Notes under the pieces: generated by a model | Databases searched by the model: none | What the model was told of the DNA's origin: nothing | What the model saw: only the letters and a program-made list of their open reading frames with translations | Virus record (IMG/VR): IMGVR_UViG_3300009095_000005 | Coordinates: 1 to 41,277 of that record | Reading direction: 5' to 3' (one strand) | Length of the DNA stretch: 41,277 nt | From: a virus | Taxonomy: Duplodnaviria > Caudoviricetes | Made by a program: the position numbers and the translations under genes | Shown here: piece by piece, positions 28,439-36,951 of the stretch | Layout of the letters: each line of letters opens with the position of its first letter | Numbering within the stretch: the stretch's first letter is position 1

Positions 28439-28861
28439 TCAACGATGCTCCCGCAGTTTTAGTGGGATGCCGTGGCGCTTTGCATAGCGGTAAACGGCAG
28501 TCGTTGATAGCCCGTCGGTCTGTGCTATGTCAGCCAACGTGCGCCCCGGCCATTCCGAGCGGCGGCGCTCGAGCGCGAGCTTTAGCTTTAGTCGCTCCTT
28601 GGGTTTCTTCCGGTCCCAGCGAAGCGCAGACACGATTGTGATCGCCCCTGTTTTCTCAGGATAGGACGGGCGGCGATGCCAGGAGCTTGCCGGGTCAGCC
28701 AGCCATGATTCTAGCGTTGACTGGCTCACGTGGAGCCGCCGGGCGGCCACCGCCTGGCTCACCTCGGCTGCCTCGATGGCTCGGCGCATCTGGCGCTGCC
28801 ACGAGCGAACGGCGTCTGGGTGAGGCCAGATGTGCTTGGCTAGTTGGCGGCCGCTTCCCAT
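28439..28861 (-). CDS. Double-HTH (XRE-like plus second HTH) protein
   Basis: SQAVAARRLHVSQSTLESW; TLADIAQTDGLSTTAVYRY; RBS ggagg. Confidence 0.7.
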   Translation of the reverse strand: MGSGRQLAKHIWPHPDAVRSWQRQMRRAIEAAEVSQAVAARRLHVSQSTLESWLADPASSWHRRPSYPEKTGAITIVSALRWDRKKPKERLKLKLALERRRSEWPGRTLADIAQTDGLSTTAVYRYAKRHGIPLKLREHR

Positions 28862-28887
28862 CGTTATTCCTCCGTTGTGTTAGTGGG

Positions 28888-29178
28888 TTACTGGTGTGCG
28901 GGCGTCAGATAAGCAGCCGCGACAGCCTCCGCAAACTCTGCGGGATCGCTGTTCACATGGCCGGGGACAGTCACTTGCCAGCGGTCGGCAACGTCGCCCC
29001 TCGAGCCGTCAGCCTTACGAGGCAGGAGCGTGACTTTCATTTCCTTCCCCTGCTGGCGTGCGCTACCATCAGCCACGATGGTTTCCGCACCAGGACGGAA
29101 TACCCTGAACGGGTGCGAGCCGCCGCCTTCGCTGGCGTATGCTTCAATCTGGTATCCGGTGTTAGTCGTGATCTTCAT
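28888..29178 (-). CDS. Hypothetical accessory protein
   Basis: Leader gaggaatcacgaacATG. Confidence 0.65.
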   Translation of the reverse strand: MKITTNTGYQIEAYASEGGGSHPFRVFRPGAETIVADGSARQQGKEMKVTLLPRKADGSRGDVADRWQVTVPGHVNSDPAEFAEAVAAAYLTPAHQ

Positions 29179-29216
29179 GTTCGTGATTCCTCAACTGTGT
29201 AAGTGTGGTGTGACAA

Positions 29217-29270
29217 GGCCACCGTGGCCCTGCGGTCAGCCCTCGCAAGTGGAGAGCTGAGGCAGGGTCA
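29217..29270 (-). ncRNA. Conserved long hairpin motif, copy 1
   Basis: UGACCCUGC-C-UCAGCUCUC-CACUUGC-GAGGGCUGA-CC-GCAGGGCCA..GGCC. Confidence 0.6.
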
Positions 29271-29274
29271 TCAG

Positions 29275-29511
29275 TCATCGATACAGCCCCCGGCGGTCAC
29301 ACTCTTCCTCTGTAAGCTGATAGTTGTCGCCGTAGCCGTCCGTGACCTTCTTGTATGACTCGGCAGTGATCTCGTAGACGTGGTCTAGGTCGGCATCGGT
29401 GACGTCCCAGTCAATCCAGTTTTTGGCGTCCTGAAGGGCGTCTTCCTTCGTTGTTCCTGTGCCAAATGCGCTACCGTCGAGGTGTGGAATGTATGCGTAG
29501 TATTTGCTCAT
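29275..29511 (-). CDS. Small acidic accessory protein
   Basis: AFGTGTTKEDALQDA; leader aggagttaagaccgATG. Confidence 0.7.
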   Translation of the reverse strand: MSKYYAYIPHLDGSAFGTGTTKEDALQDAKNWIDWDVTDADLDHVYEITAESYKKVTDGYGDNYQLTEEECDRRGLYR

Positions 29512-29540
29512 CGGTCTTAACTCCTAATCAATGTATTTGT

Positions 29541-29605
29541 GTGGCTAGTCTCGTCAGTGGAGCGGGAGCCACCCGCAACCAGACCGGCGCAAGGCCGGTT
29601 TCGAC
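29541..29605 (-). ncRNA. Type II hammerhead ribozyme with pseudoknot
   Basis: Minus strand GUC-GAAA-CCGGC(CUUGC)GCCGG-UC^-UGG..GCGGG(UGGCU)CCCGC.CCA-CUGACGA-GAC-U-AGCCAC: full catalytic core, three stems, loop I complementary to the 3' tail. Confidence 0.92.
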
Positions 29606-29607
29606 AT

Positions 29608-30003
29608 TCAATCCCACCAGAAGCGGGCCTCGATCATATGCAAGCCCCGATGCTCCCGAATCTCATGGCTGAACTCATCGGCATGGTAGCGCCGCGAGAG
29701 TCGCTTGAGTTGATACCCCGCCTCAATCACCGCAGCCGCATCAAACGCGCTCCCCTCATAGTAGATCACCAGCGAGCACTCATTGCCAACATACACCCGC
29801 CCGTTAAGCGTCGGCGTGCTGTCCAGAATAGCACCAGGAAGCGTCGCAATGTTATTAGGGATGTCATTATATGGATCGAAGCGGGTAAGCACTTCTGCGG
29901 CCTCCTGTCGTTCCAGTTGCACGCGAAACCCAAGGCATGAGCGCAGCAGCGCAAGTGTAGCGTCAACCTTGGAGATAGTGGGGATGGTCATTTGTCCGTT
30001 CAT
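29608..30003 (-). CDS. Hypothetical accessory protein
   Basis: Leader aaggaatcaagaccATG; C-terminal ADE..RFWWD. Confidence 0.7.
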   Translation of the reverse strand: MNGQMTIPTISKVDATLALLRSCLGFRVQLERQEAAEVLTRFDPYNDIPNNIATLPGAILDSTPTLNGRVYVGNECSLVIYYEGSAFDAAAVIEAGYQLKRLSRRYHADEFSHEIREHRGLHMIEARFWWD

Positions 30004-30028
30004 GGTCTTGATTCCTTTTGTGTTCGCT

Positions 30029-30084
30029 GGCCTTCATTGGCCCTGCATGGAGCCGCCACAGTGGGCAGCTCGGTGCAAGGTCAA
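30029..30084 (-). ncRNA. Conserved long hairpin motif, copy 2
   Basis: UUGACCUUGCA-CC-GAGCUGCC-CACUGU-GGCGGCUC-CA-UGCAGGGCCAA..GGCC. Confidence 0.6.
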
Positions 30085-30091
30085 GCGGGCA

Positions 30092-30433
30092 TCAGTCGTA
30101 AAGCCCCTCCTCCTCCTGCCGGATCAGGATAAGGTTTTCATAGTAACAGGACTGGCGCTTATCAGCAGCAAGCCGCTCCTGCCGTGTAACAACCCCGAGC
30201 CGCTCCGCACGACTGATGTCCATCTCACCAATAAAGCGGATCATCCGGGGCTGTTGCAGCGCCTCCCACAATGCCTTGCGCTCAAAGCGGTTCAGCGTGA
30301 ATGGTGCACCGATACGGTTTGCGCGCAAGAATTGTTCTAGCGTGCGTCCGTGGATATGGTTGCGGTATTCATACCGGGCTTGCGCCAGCGTGAAGCAGTG
30401 CTTGCGGCGTGTGGTCGTGGTCATGGTCTTCAT
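30092..30433 (-). CDS. First gene of the accessory operon (Arg-rich hypothetical)
   Basis: Leader gaggaagtaagaccaATG at 30433; track start 30577 runs through the promoter. Confidence 0.65.
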   Translation of the reverse strand: MKTMTTTTRRKHCFTLAQARYEYRNHIHGRTLEQFLRANRIGAPFTLNRFERKALWEALQQPRMIRFIGEMDISRAERLGVVTRQERLAADKRQSCYYENLILIRQEEEGLYD

Positions 30434-30484
30434 TGGTCTTACTTCCTCGCCAGCTTCCGGCGTCATTGCCTGCTGACAATCGAC

Positions 30485-30513
30485 ACTCAACCACACCCAC
30501 CAAACCCCGTCAA
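30485..30513 (-). promoter_or_regulatory. Sigma70-like promoter of the accessory operon
   Basis: TTGACG-17 nt-TTGAGT, TG just upstream of the -10, AT-rich UP-like tract. Confidence 0.6.
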
Positions 30514-30579
30514 CACATATTTTCGCTTTTTCCTCATTTTCCCCCGCAACCCGCATAAACAGCGGGACTTTGACCACTC

Positions 30580-31190
30580 AAAATTATATCCTTGACATCC
30601 ACAAAATACCACTGACTCTTTAGGCGAAGCCGAAGAATGAGGCAGAGCCGTCAAGGTAGCGGCGCAAGCCCTGCCGACTCTTACAAGCGTGAGCGCAGAG
30701 AGGCAGCAGCCAAGAGCTACCTGCACTCCACTACACCGCAAGGCATACAAGCGTAGCGATACAGGGACCACACCAGGTCAACCAGTAAGACAAGCAACCA
30801 ATCAGGGATAATAGACATCAACCCATCAGCATACGTTGATATGATCGATCCAATCGCTTTGTGCCTCCCTCAAAATTTAGACTTTGACTAATCAAAATAG
30901 ATCGACGAATATAAGCTCACGGTGAGTAATTTATCGTTGGCGAAAACATGCACACGCTTGCAAGACGACCCTAAGCCCAAGTGGATCAACGGGATAACAA
31001 CCCAATGCGTAGCTTTTCGAGAGGGGCACAGTGGCTATTATGTCTAATCCACACGCTTTCAACGCCCCAGGTGCCTCGATCATAGGGGGGAGGGGGTGCG
31101 CTTCGTGGGGGGCCTCCGAACCTCTAACTGATTACCGCGTTCACGAAGGAATGGGAAAACACACCTGATAACACTGTAAGGAGTAGAGAG
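30580..31190. other. Long non-coding region, candidate packaging/terminus region
   Basis: No credible ORF; ends in G-runs (31085-31112) where strand skew flips; upstream of the terL operon. Confidence 0.5.
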
Positions 31191-31925
31191 ATGGGAGAAG
31201 AGATGGCACAGAACATACGGGAAGACGGGATGGTGGAGAAGGTTGAGGGGATGGAGGGAGTGATGTGGGAGCAGGAGTTATTGAAGGCGTTGAAGATTGG
31301 GAAGAGCCAGTTGAGGACATTTCGGAGGGAGGAGTTGGAGAAGGGGGTAGATTGGTGGATGGAGTGCAAGACGGGGAAGAGGATGGCTGTTAGGTATTCT
31401 GAGGTTGGGGTGGAGAAGGTGCTGGGGGCGTATAAGAAGGGTGTTAGGAGCAGCAGTTTGGGGAAGGGGGAATATCGGACGAAGAAGGGGACGAGGACGA
31501 AGGTATTTGTTGAGGTTGGAGGGGTTGAGCATCATTTGCCGAAGACGAGTCCTGTTGTTGAGTTGGGGGATTGGGATTTTGGAGGGGGTGGTAAAAAGGA
31601 TACTACCGGCGAAGAGGGGGCGAAGGTGGAGTTGTTTATTGGTGTGGAGGGTGAAGCTGATTCCTCTGCGGAGTATGTGGCGGAAGAGACGATAGACGTG
31701 CGTGTGAGGCCGATTGCGTTGAGGGTTGGGAAGCTGTGTCCTAATGAGAGGCTGGTGATTGTTGTGGAGGACAGGGAGTATGGGGATGGGGAAGAGCTGG
31801 TGAGTGGGAGGATGGTATTGCCGCCTAGGATGAGGGGGTATCTAAGGAAGGTGGGACGGAGGGTGTGGGGGGTTAAGGAGGAAGAGGGGTTGTATACGTG
31901 GGGTCCTGGGCCAGAGGGGGTGTAA
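31191..31925 (+). CDS. Hypothetical G/E/V/K-rich protein, possible N-terminal HTH
   Basis: EQELLKALKIGKSQLRTFR..GVDW; extremely G-rich coding strand; start uncertain. Confidence 0.55.
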   Translation: MGEEMAQNIREDGMVEKVEGMEGVMWEQELLKALKIGKSQLRTFRREELEKGVDWWMECKTGKRMAVRYSEVGVEKVLGAYKKGVRSSSLGKGEYRTKKGTRTKVFVEVGGVEHHLPKTSPVVELGDWDFGGGGKKDTTGEEGAKVELFIGVEGEADSSAEYVAEETIDVRVRPIALRVGKLCPNERLVIVVEDREYGDGEELVSGRMVLPPRMRGYLRKVGRRVWGVKEEEGLYTWGPGPEGV

Positions 31926-31929
31926 CTTT

Positions 31930-32199
31930 ATGGAGACTACAATGACAGGGCAGAAAATAGTGCGTGTGATGGCTGAGTTTATCGGCGGTCCGGGTGAAGG
32001 GAAAACAATGTGGGTTCCCAAAGACACCAGTGCGCCGCGGTTATATGAGATTGTCGAGCATCAGCGGGGTGAATTCATGACGCCCCATCGCCTGATATGC
32101 CACGTTTACAAGCGCAAGAAATGGAATATCGAGGGTGTTAGCGGGTGGGAGTATGTGTATTGCAAAACCCGAGAGATGTGCGGCGAGGTGAAGCGATGA
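31930..32199 (+). CDS. Small GGP-motif protein, copy 1
   Basis: AEFIGGPGEGKT..YVY. Confidence 0.65.
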   Translation: METTMTGQKIVRVMAEFIGGPGEGKTMWVPKDTSAPRLYEIVEHQRGEFMTPHRLICHVYKRKKWNIEGVSGWEYVYCKTREMCGEVKR

Positions 32200-32429
32200 T
32201 AGTGCGCTTTATTGGTGGGCCAGCTGACGGGAAGACGCGTTGCATTGAGATCTTATCCCCGGAGTTGAGGATTCCGCTTCCTATGCCTCCGATTGACTTT
32301 GCGGATGAGTCTGTGGATGTCGGGGCGCAGGTCATAGAGACCGCAAGATACATCCTGCGCTGGGCTATGGATTATGAGCAGTCAGGGCGGCGCGAGCCAG
32401 TTTACGTCCATGAGTCGTTGTTGAAATAG
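32196..32429 (+). CDS. Small GGP-motif protein, copy 2
   Basis: VRFIGGPADGKT..YVH; ATGA overlap. Confidence 0.65.
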   Translation: MIVRFIGGPADGKTRCIEILSPELRIPLPMPPIDFADESVDVGAQVIETARYILRWAMDYEQSGRREPVYVHESLLK

Positions 32430-32440
32430 AAAGAAGTGGT

Positions 32441-32677
32441 GTGATGCGTAACTGGCTGGAAAACCCCGTAGAGAGTCCCACAGAGGCGCAGAGGCGTGTT
32501 TCTGTGCTGATGGAGGTGTTGTATGCGATGGAGCCTGGCAGGGTGTGGGGGCCGAAGGAGATTGGGGAGTGGTGTGGGTGTAAGGCGTATAGTGTTGAGC
32601 AGGCTACAGAGAGGGCGCTTGCGAAGGCTAGGCAGCAGGTGGTGAGACGTAACCCGAGATATTTACAGAGACGATGA
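32441..32677 (+). CDS. Sigma70 region-4-like HTH protein
   Basis: KEIGEWCGCKAYSVEQATERALAKAR. Confidence 0.6.
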   Translation: MMRNWLENPVESPTEAQRRVSVLMEVLYAMEPGRVWGPKEIGEWCGCKAYSVEQATERALAKARQQVVRRNPRYLQRR

Positions 32678-32904
32678 TAGATAAACTACAAGATGCGTTC
32701 AGGAAGGCATTAGAGCAGATTTCGGAGCAATATGGCCTCGATGCCGTTCAAGTCGTCTGGAGCCGTCAAGAGGGCACTAACACCTACTCGGGGTATGTTG
32801 GAATAGGAAACGCATACGCCAGAGAAGGTTTATGCAGATTGGTAGAGAGTCGGCTACGGCAGGATAACGAAGCTGCGTTTGTCGATGCAGACGAAGAAGA
32901 CTGA
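32674..32904 (+). CDS. Hypothetical protein upstream of terL
   Basis: Coupled on both sides; acidic tail. Confidence 0.6.
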   Translation: MIDKLQDAFRKALEQISEQYGLDAVQVVWSRQEGTNTYSGYVGIGNAYAREGLCRLVESRLRQDNEAAFVDADEED

Positions 32905-34529
32905 TGCCTGTTGAGTGGACACCGCACCCTGTATTCCCTGTTCCATCGCCCGAGCAGTTACGGGCTATGCCGTTGGAGGCTGTAGAGACCGTATGGAGGG
33001 AGAGGGAGAAGGCGATACGGCTGGAGCAGGAAGACCCTTATCGGTATGGGGTGGAGTTGGGGCATTGGGAAGAGACAGGGGAGTATCTTGCAAGTTATGA
33101 TGAATTGCTAATACTTGGCGGTAACAGGTCTGGAAAAACTGAGTGGGCCGCGAAGGCTGTTGTAAAGGCGTGTGTGGAGAACCCCAATACGCTGATATGG
33201 GCAATCTCTCAGAACAGCGACATCTCTATCGAGGTCCAGCAGAGGGCGGTTTACAAGTATATCCCTGCTGAGTGGAAGACGCTGGGGAAGGAGAAGAACG
33301 GGAAGGGGAACGTCAGCTTCTCTTGGAAGACCGGATTCACGAAAAACCGTGTGGTGTTCCCAAATGGGAGCGAGATCGTGTTCCGCCACTACTCGCAGTA
33401 TGAGAAAGACCCGACGAGCTTTGAGTCAGGGAAGGTGGGCGCCCCACCCTTGCAGAAGCTCAACTACCCCAACGTAGGGATATGGGGGGATGAGCTGATT
33501 CCGTATGAGCTGCTACAGACACTAAGGAAGCGGCTGGCGACCAACAACGCGAAGATCATCATCACCTTTACGCCGATTCAGGGGTATAACGACACGGTAA
33601 AGCACTACCTTACCGGGGCGAAGACGATCAAGAAGCGGTATGCGGAGTTAGTGGACAGGGAGGTGGAAGTCCTTCAAAAGCCACTTCGGAGCACGGCGAT
33701 CATTCTCTACTTCTGGACGCAGGACAACCCTTATGGGGGGTATGACCGGCTGGCGCGAGACCTGAAGTTTGAGAAGCAAGACGAGATCCTTTGCAGGGCC
33801 TATGGGATACCGACGCGGCAAATCAGCAACCGCTTCCCGAAGTTCAACCCGAACGTTAACGTCATAGCCCATGCAGACCTTCCGTTTGTGAAGGACAAGG
33901 GGTATCCAGTTACCCACTATCAGGTGATCGACCCAGGGCAAAACAAGCCGTGGGTGGTCTTGTGGATAGCGGTAGATGCGGCAGGAACATGGTGGGTGTA
34001 TGAGGAATTTCCAGATGTCAGTTACGGGGAGTGGGCAGACATGAGTAGAGGGGTGCGAGGTATGCCGGGAGAAGCGGCCAGACCGAACGGGTTTGGGATA
34101 GATGACTACGTGCAGACCTTCAGGGCCATAGAAGGCGACACAGAGGTCTTTGAGCGGCTTATAGACCCACGCATGGGAGCAGCCATTACCTCGGCCAAGG
34201 AAGGGACGACAAACATCATCCAAGAGCTAGAGGAAGCGGGGCTATCCATCATCCCTGCGCCGGGACTGGAGATCGAACACGGACTACAGGTGATCGACAA
34301 CCTCCTGAGCTACGACACGGACAAGCCGGTAAGCGCGATGAACCACCCGCGCATCTACATCTCCGACAAATGCCAGAACCTCATCTACTGCATGAGCGAG
34401 TACACGGGGAGGCTGGGCAAGGACGAGCCGACCAAGGACTTCATAGACTGCCTGCGCTATACTGCTGTGCATGGGATCGAGTTCGTTGATCCCGAAGCAT
34501 TGCAAGCAGTGAGCGTAAGCACATGGTAA
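32904..34529 (+). CDS. terL: Terminase large subunit
   Basis: Walker A GGNRSGKT; Walker B IWGDE; TFTP; nuclease IDPG..D..DCLRY. Confidence 0.93.
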   Translation: MPVEWTPHPVFPVPSPEQLRAMPLEAVETVWREREKAIRLEQEDPYRYGVELGHWEETGEYLASYDELLILGGNRSGKTEWAAKAVVKACVENPNTLIWAISQNSDISIEVQQRAVYKYIPAEWKTLGKEKNGKGNVSFSWKTGFTKNRVVFPNGSEIVFRHYSQYEKDPTSFESGKVGAPPLQKLNYPNVGIWGDELIPYELLQTLRKRLATNNAKIIITFTPIQGYNDTVKHYLTGAKTIKKRYAELVDREVEVLQKPLRSTAIILYFWTQDNPYGGYDRLARDLKFEKQDEILCRAYGIPTRQISNRFPKFNPNVNVIAHADLPFVKDKGYPVTHYQVIDPGQNKPWVVLWIAVDAAGTWWVYEEFPDVSYGEWADMSRGVRGMPGEAARPNGFGIDDYVQTFRAIEGDTEVFERLIDPRMGAAITSAKEGTTNIIQELEEAGLSIIPAPGLEIEHGLQVIDNLLSYDTDKPVSAMNHPRIYISDKCQNLIYCMSEYTGRLGKDEPTKDFIDCLRYTAVHGIEFVDPEALQAVSVSTW

Positions 34530-36628
34530 CAGAGACGAAGCCGCGCATCGTAGAAGGTGATGAGCCAGACGTAAAAGAACTGGCCTGCCGGTATGAGAAG
34601 ACCCTTGTTGACCTTGGCGAATGGGTTGAGCAGCAGCAGGAGAACTACGACGCCCGTTTCTGTTATTGGCCGGGGCAGCAAAAAGACCAACGCAAGAAAG
34701 GGACCAAGGCCAAGCCAGCGATACCGTGGGAAGGCGCGAGCGACCTTAGAACCTACGTCATTGACGAGATCATAGGGACAGACACAGACCTGTTGTGCAA
34801 TGCGGTGAGTCGGTCTCAGGTGACAGCGGTTCCCGTGGGCATGGACGATCACGGCAAGGCAAGGGCGGTCTCCATGTTCATGAAGTGGCTGGTGAAGTCA
34901 CAAATGGCGGAATTCGAGAGCGAAGTGGAACTCGCGGCGAACCGGCTGCTGCAAGACGGCATCGTCGCCATTGGCTGCTATTGGGAGCAGAAGACAGTCC
35001 AGACCAAGCGGGAGATAAGCATAGAGGAGATACCGCCAGAGATCGCGGAGTTTGTGCAAGACCCTGAGATGACTGGGGAAATTACAGACATGATGCAGCG
35101 GGTGTCGCCAGACCTGACAAGACGGCAAGCCCGCAAAATGGTGACAGAACTGCGCAACACCGGAAGGACATCTATCCCCCAGCCTACTGTCATATCGTCC
35201 CGGCCAGTCATACGGGCGCACGACCTTGTAGAAGAACTGATAATCCCCATCTATACGACCGACATCCAGTTAGCCCCCCACGTATTCAAGAACGAGTGGC
35301 TGACTAAGGAAGAACTCGAGTCGAAGGTCATTGACGAAGGATGGGATGAGGACGCGGTAGAGACGATCATCAAGACAGCGAAGACTGGACAGAGCCGCAG
35401 CCACGCACTCTACAACCGCCGGGACCATTCAGCGCACGAATGGAGGCGCGGATATGGCGTAGATACAGTCGAAGAACTCTACCATGTGGTGTGTGGATAC
35501 TATCGGGAAACCGATGTTAACAATTTACCAACAATTTATTATACCATTTTTTGTCCTGACGTAACGACGGACGCCAACAACAACAAAGTCGTCCTATATC
35601 ACGACATTCTACCCCTGAATCCGGTACGCTACCCCTTCGAGATCATCACGCGGGAGCGCACCAGCAGGCAGCTACTCTCCAGCAGAGGCATACCAGAGGT
35701 AGCATTTGCATGGCAGCGGGAAATGAAGTTCCAGCGCGACAGCCGGATTGACCGCACTACCCTTACTACTGTACCCCCAAGACGCCACCCTGTAGGAAGA
35801 CCCGTTCCAGAATGGGGCCCAGGTGCAGACATACCCGTTCGAAGGGCAGACGAATACGGCTACATCGAAATGATGAGCCCGATCGACCCAGGTTCCATTG
35901 AGGTAGAAGCCTCTCTGGACAAGGCGATGCGGCGGTATTTCGGGCACAGCTACGGGCCAGACACAGATGGACAGGAACTAAGGGTAAAGCAGCAGGCCAG
36001 AGTGAACCGCTTCCTCAGAGGGGTGCGCGGAGTCTTGCGACAAATCTGGTTCCTCTATCAGCAGTATGGGCCGGACGAAGAGTATTTCCGAGTGCTGGGG
36101 AGTCCCGATCCGCAGAAGTTTACCAAAGACGAAGCCAGCGGGAAGTATGACTTCTGGATAGAGTTCGACGTATCCTCCAACGACACGGAGGCAGAGCGCG
36201 AGAAGCTGAAGATCATCGGTGAAACGCTACAGGTGCATGACCGGACAGGGCGCAGTAATTGGGATGCGTTCTTGGAAATGTCGCTTGAGGCGCTTGATCC
36301 AACGGCGGTTGACCGACTCCTGTTGCCAAAGCAGGCAGCTACGGAGAAGGAGCAGAAGGAGTTCTCGGAGGACATGACGAAGATATGGGCGGGCATGGAC
36401 ATCGACGTTCGCCCGCCAGTCAACGCAGAGTTCCGCTTGCAGCTACTCCAGCAGTATCTACAAGGCAGCGAGACAATCCCGGCCACGGACGTACAGAACC
36501 GCTACAACACGGATGAAGCGTTCCGTAGTCGCATAGACAAGTATCAGCAGCAGCTTCAATTCATCATTCAACAGCGCCAGAACGCGGAGACAGGACGTTT
36601 AGGCGCACCACCGGGGAACATGAAGTGA
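34523..36628 (+). CDS. Portal protein
   Basis: 701 aa directly after terL; PWEGASD; SRGIPE; Q-rich C-terminus. Confidence 0.85.
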   Translation: MVTETKPRIVEGDEPDVKELACRYEKTLVDLGEWVEQQQENYDARFCYWPGQQKDQRKKGTKAKPAIPWEGASDLRTYVIDEIIGTDTDLLCNAVSRSQVTAVPVGMDDHGKARAVSMFMKWLVKSQMAEFESEVELAANRLLQDGIVAIGCYWEQKTVQTKREISIEEIPPEIAEFVQDPEMTGEITDMMQRVSPDLTRRQARKMVTELRNTGRTSIPQPTVISSRPVIRAHDLVEELIIPIYTTDIQLAPHVFKNEWLTKEELESKVIDEGWDEDAVETIIKTAKTGQSRSHALYNRRDHSAHEWRRGYGVDTVEELYHVVCGYYRETDVNNLPTIYYTIFCPDVTTDANNNKVVLYHDILPLNPVRYPFEIITRERTSRQLLSSRGIPEVAFAWQREMKFQRDSRIDRTTLTTVPPRRHPVGRPVPEWGPGADIPVRRADEYGYIEMMSPIDPGSIEVEASLDKAMRRYFGHSYGPDTDGQELRVKQQARVNRFLRGVRGVLRQIWFLYQQYGPDEEYFRVLGSPDPQKFTKDEASGKYDFWIEFDVSSNDTEAEREKLKIIGETLQVHDRTGRSNWDAFLEMSLEALDPTAVDRLLLPKQAATEKEQKEFSEDMTKIWAGMDIDVRPPVNAEFRLQLLQQYLQGSETIPATDVQNRYNTDEAFRSRIDKYQQQLQFIIQQRQNAETGRLGAPPGNMK

Positions 36629-36840
36629 ACGACATCATAGAGGCAGTAGAGAGACTGAAAGACCATCCCGACTTTATCACCTTCCTGACCTGCATACGAG
36701 AGTATCGGGAGCAGGCGATAGGGGATATGAAGCACGACAACTGCGTAAAGGAGCCTGCCATCATGGCGCGTAACCTTGGGTATGTGTGTGCGATGGACAC
36801 GATTTTAGAGACCGCAGACGCAGCATTGCAGCAAGAATAG
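36625..36840 (+). CDS. Small protein after portal
   Basis: GTGA overlap; L.DHPDF..FL helical pattern. Confidence 0.65.
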   Translation: MNDIIEAVERLKDHPDFITFLTCIREYREQAIGDMKHDNCVKEPAIMARNLGYVCAMDTILETADAALQQE

Positions 36841-36864
36841 GGTTATTGGAGTTATGGGTTAGTG

Positions 36865-36897
36865 AGGGCTGGTCCTGTGGTGGGGCCAGCCCTTTTT
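36865..36897 (+). terminator. Intrinsic terminator
   Basis: agggctggtcc..gggccagccct followed by tttt. Confidence 0.7.
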
Positions 36898-36951
36898 CGT
36901 ATGGCGGGCATCCTATACTGAAGCCACTCGAACCAAACAGTTCGTGGCGAT

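Noticed and set aside
29262-29274. Second hammerhead (CUGAUGA on the minus strand before hairpin copy 1)
   Set aside because: No GAAA after the stem and no stems I/III; the CUGAUGA overlaps the base of the hairpin motif
28687-30340. Long plus-strand ORFs (28687-29202, 29539-29940, 29783-30340)
   Set aside because: Shadow ORFs of minus-strand genes that have clear RBS/leader motifs
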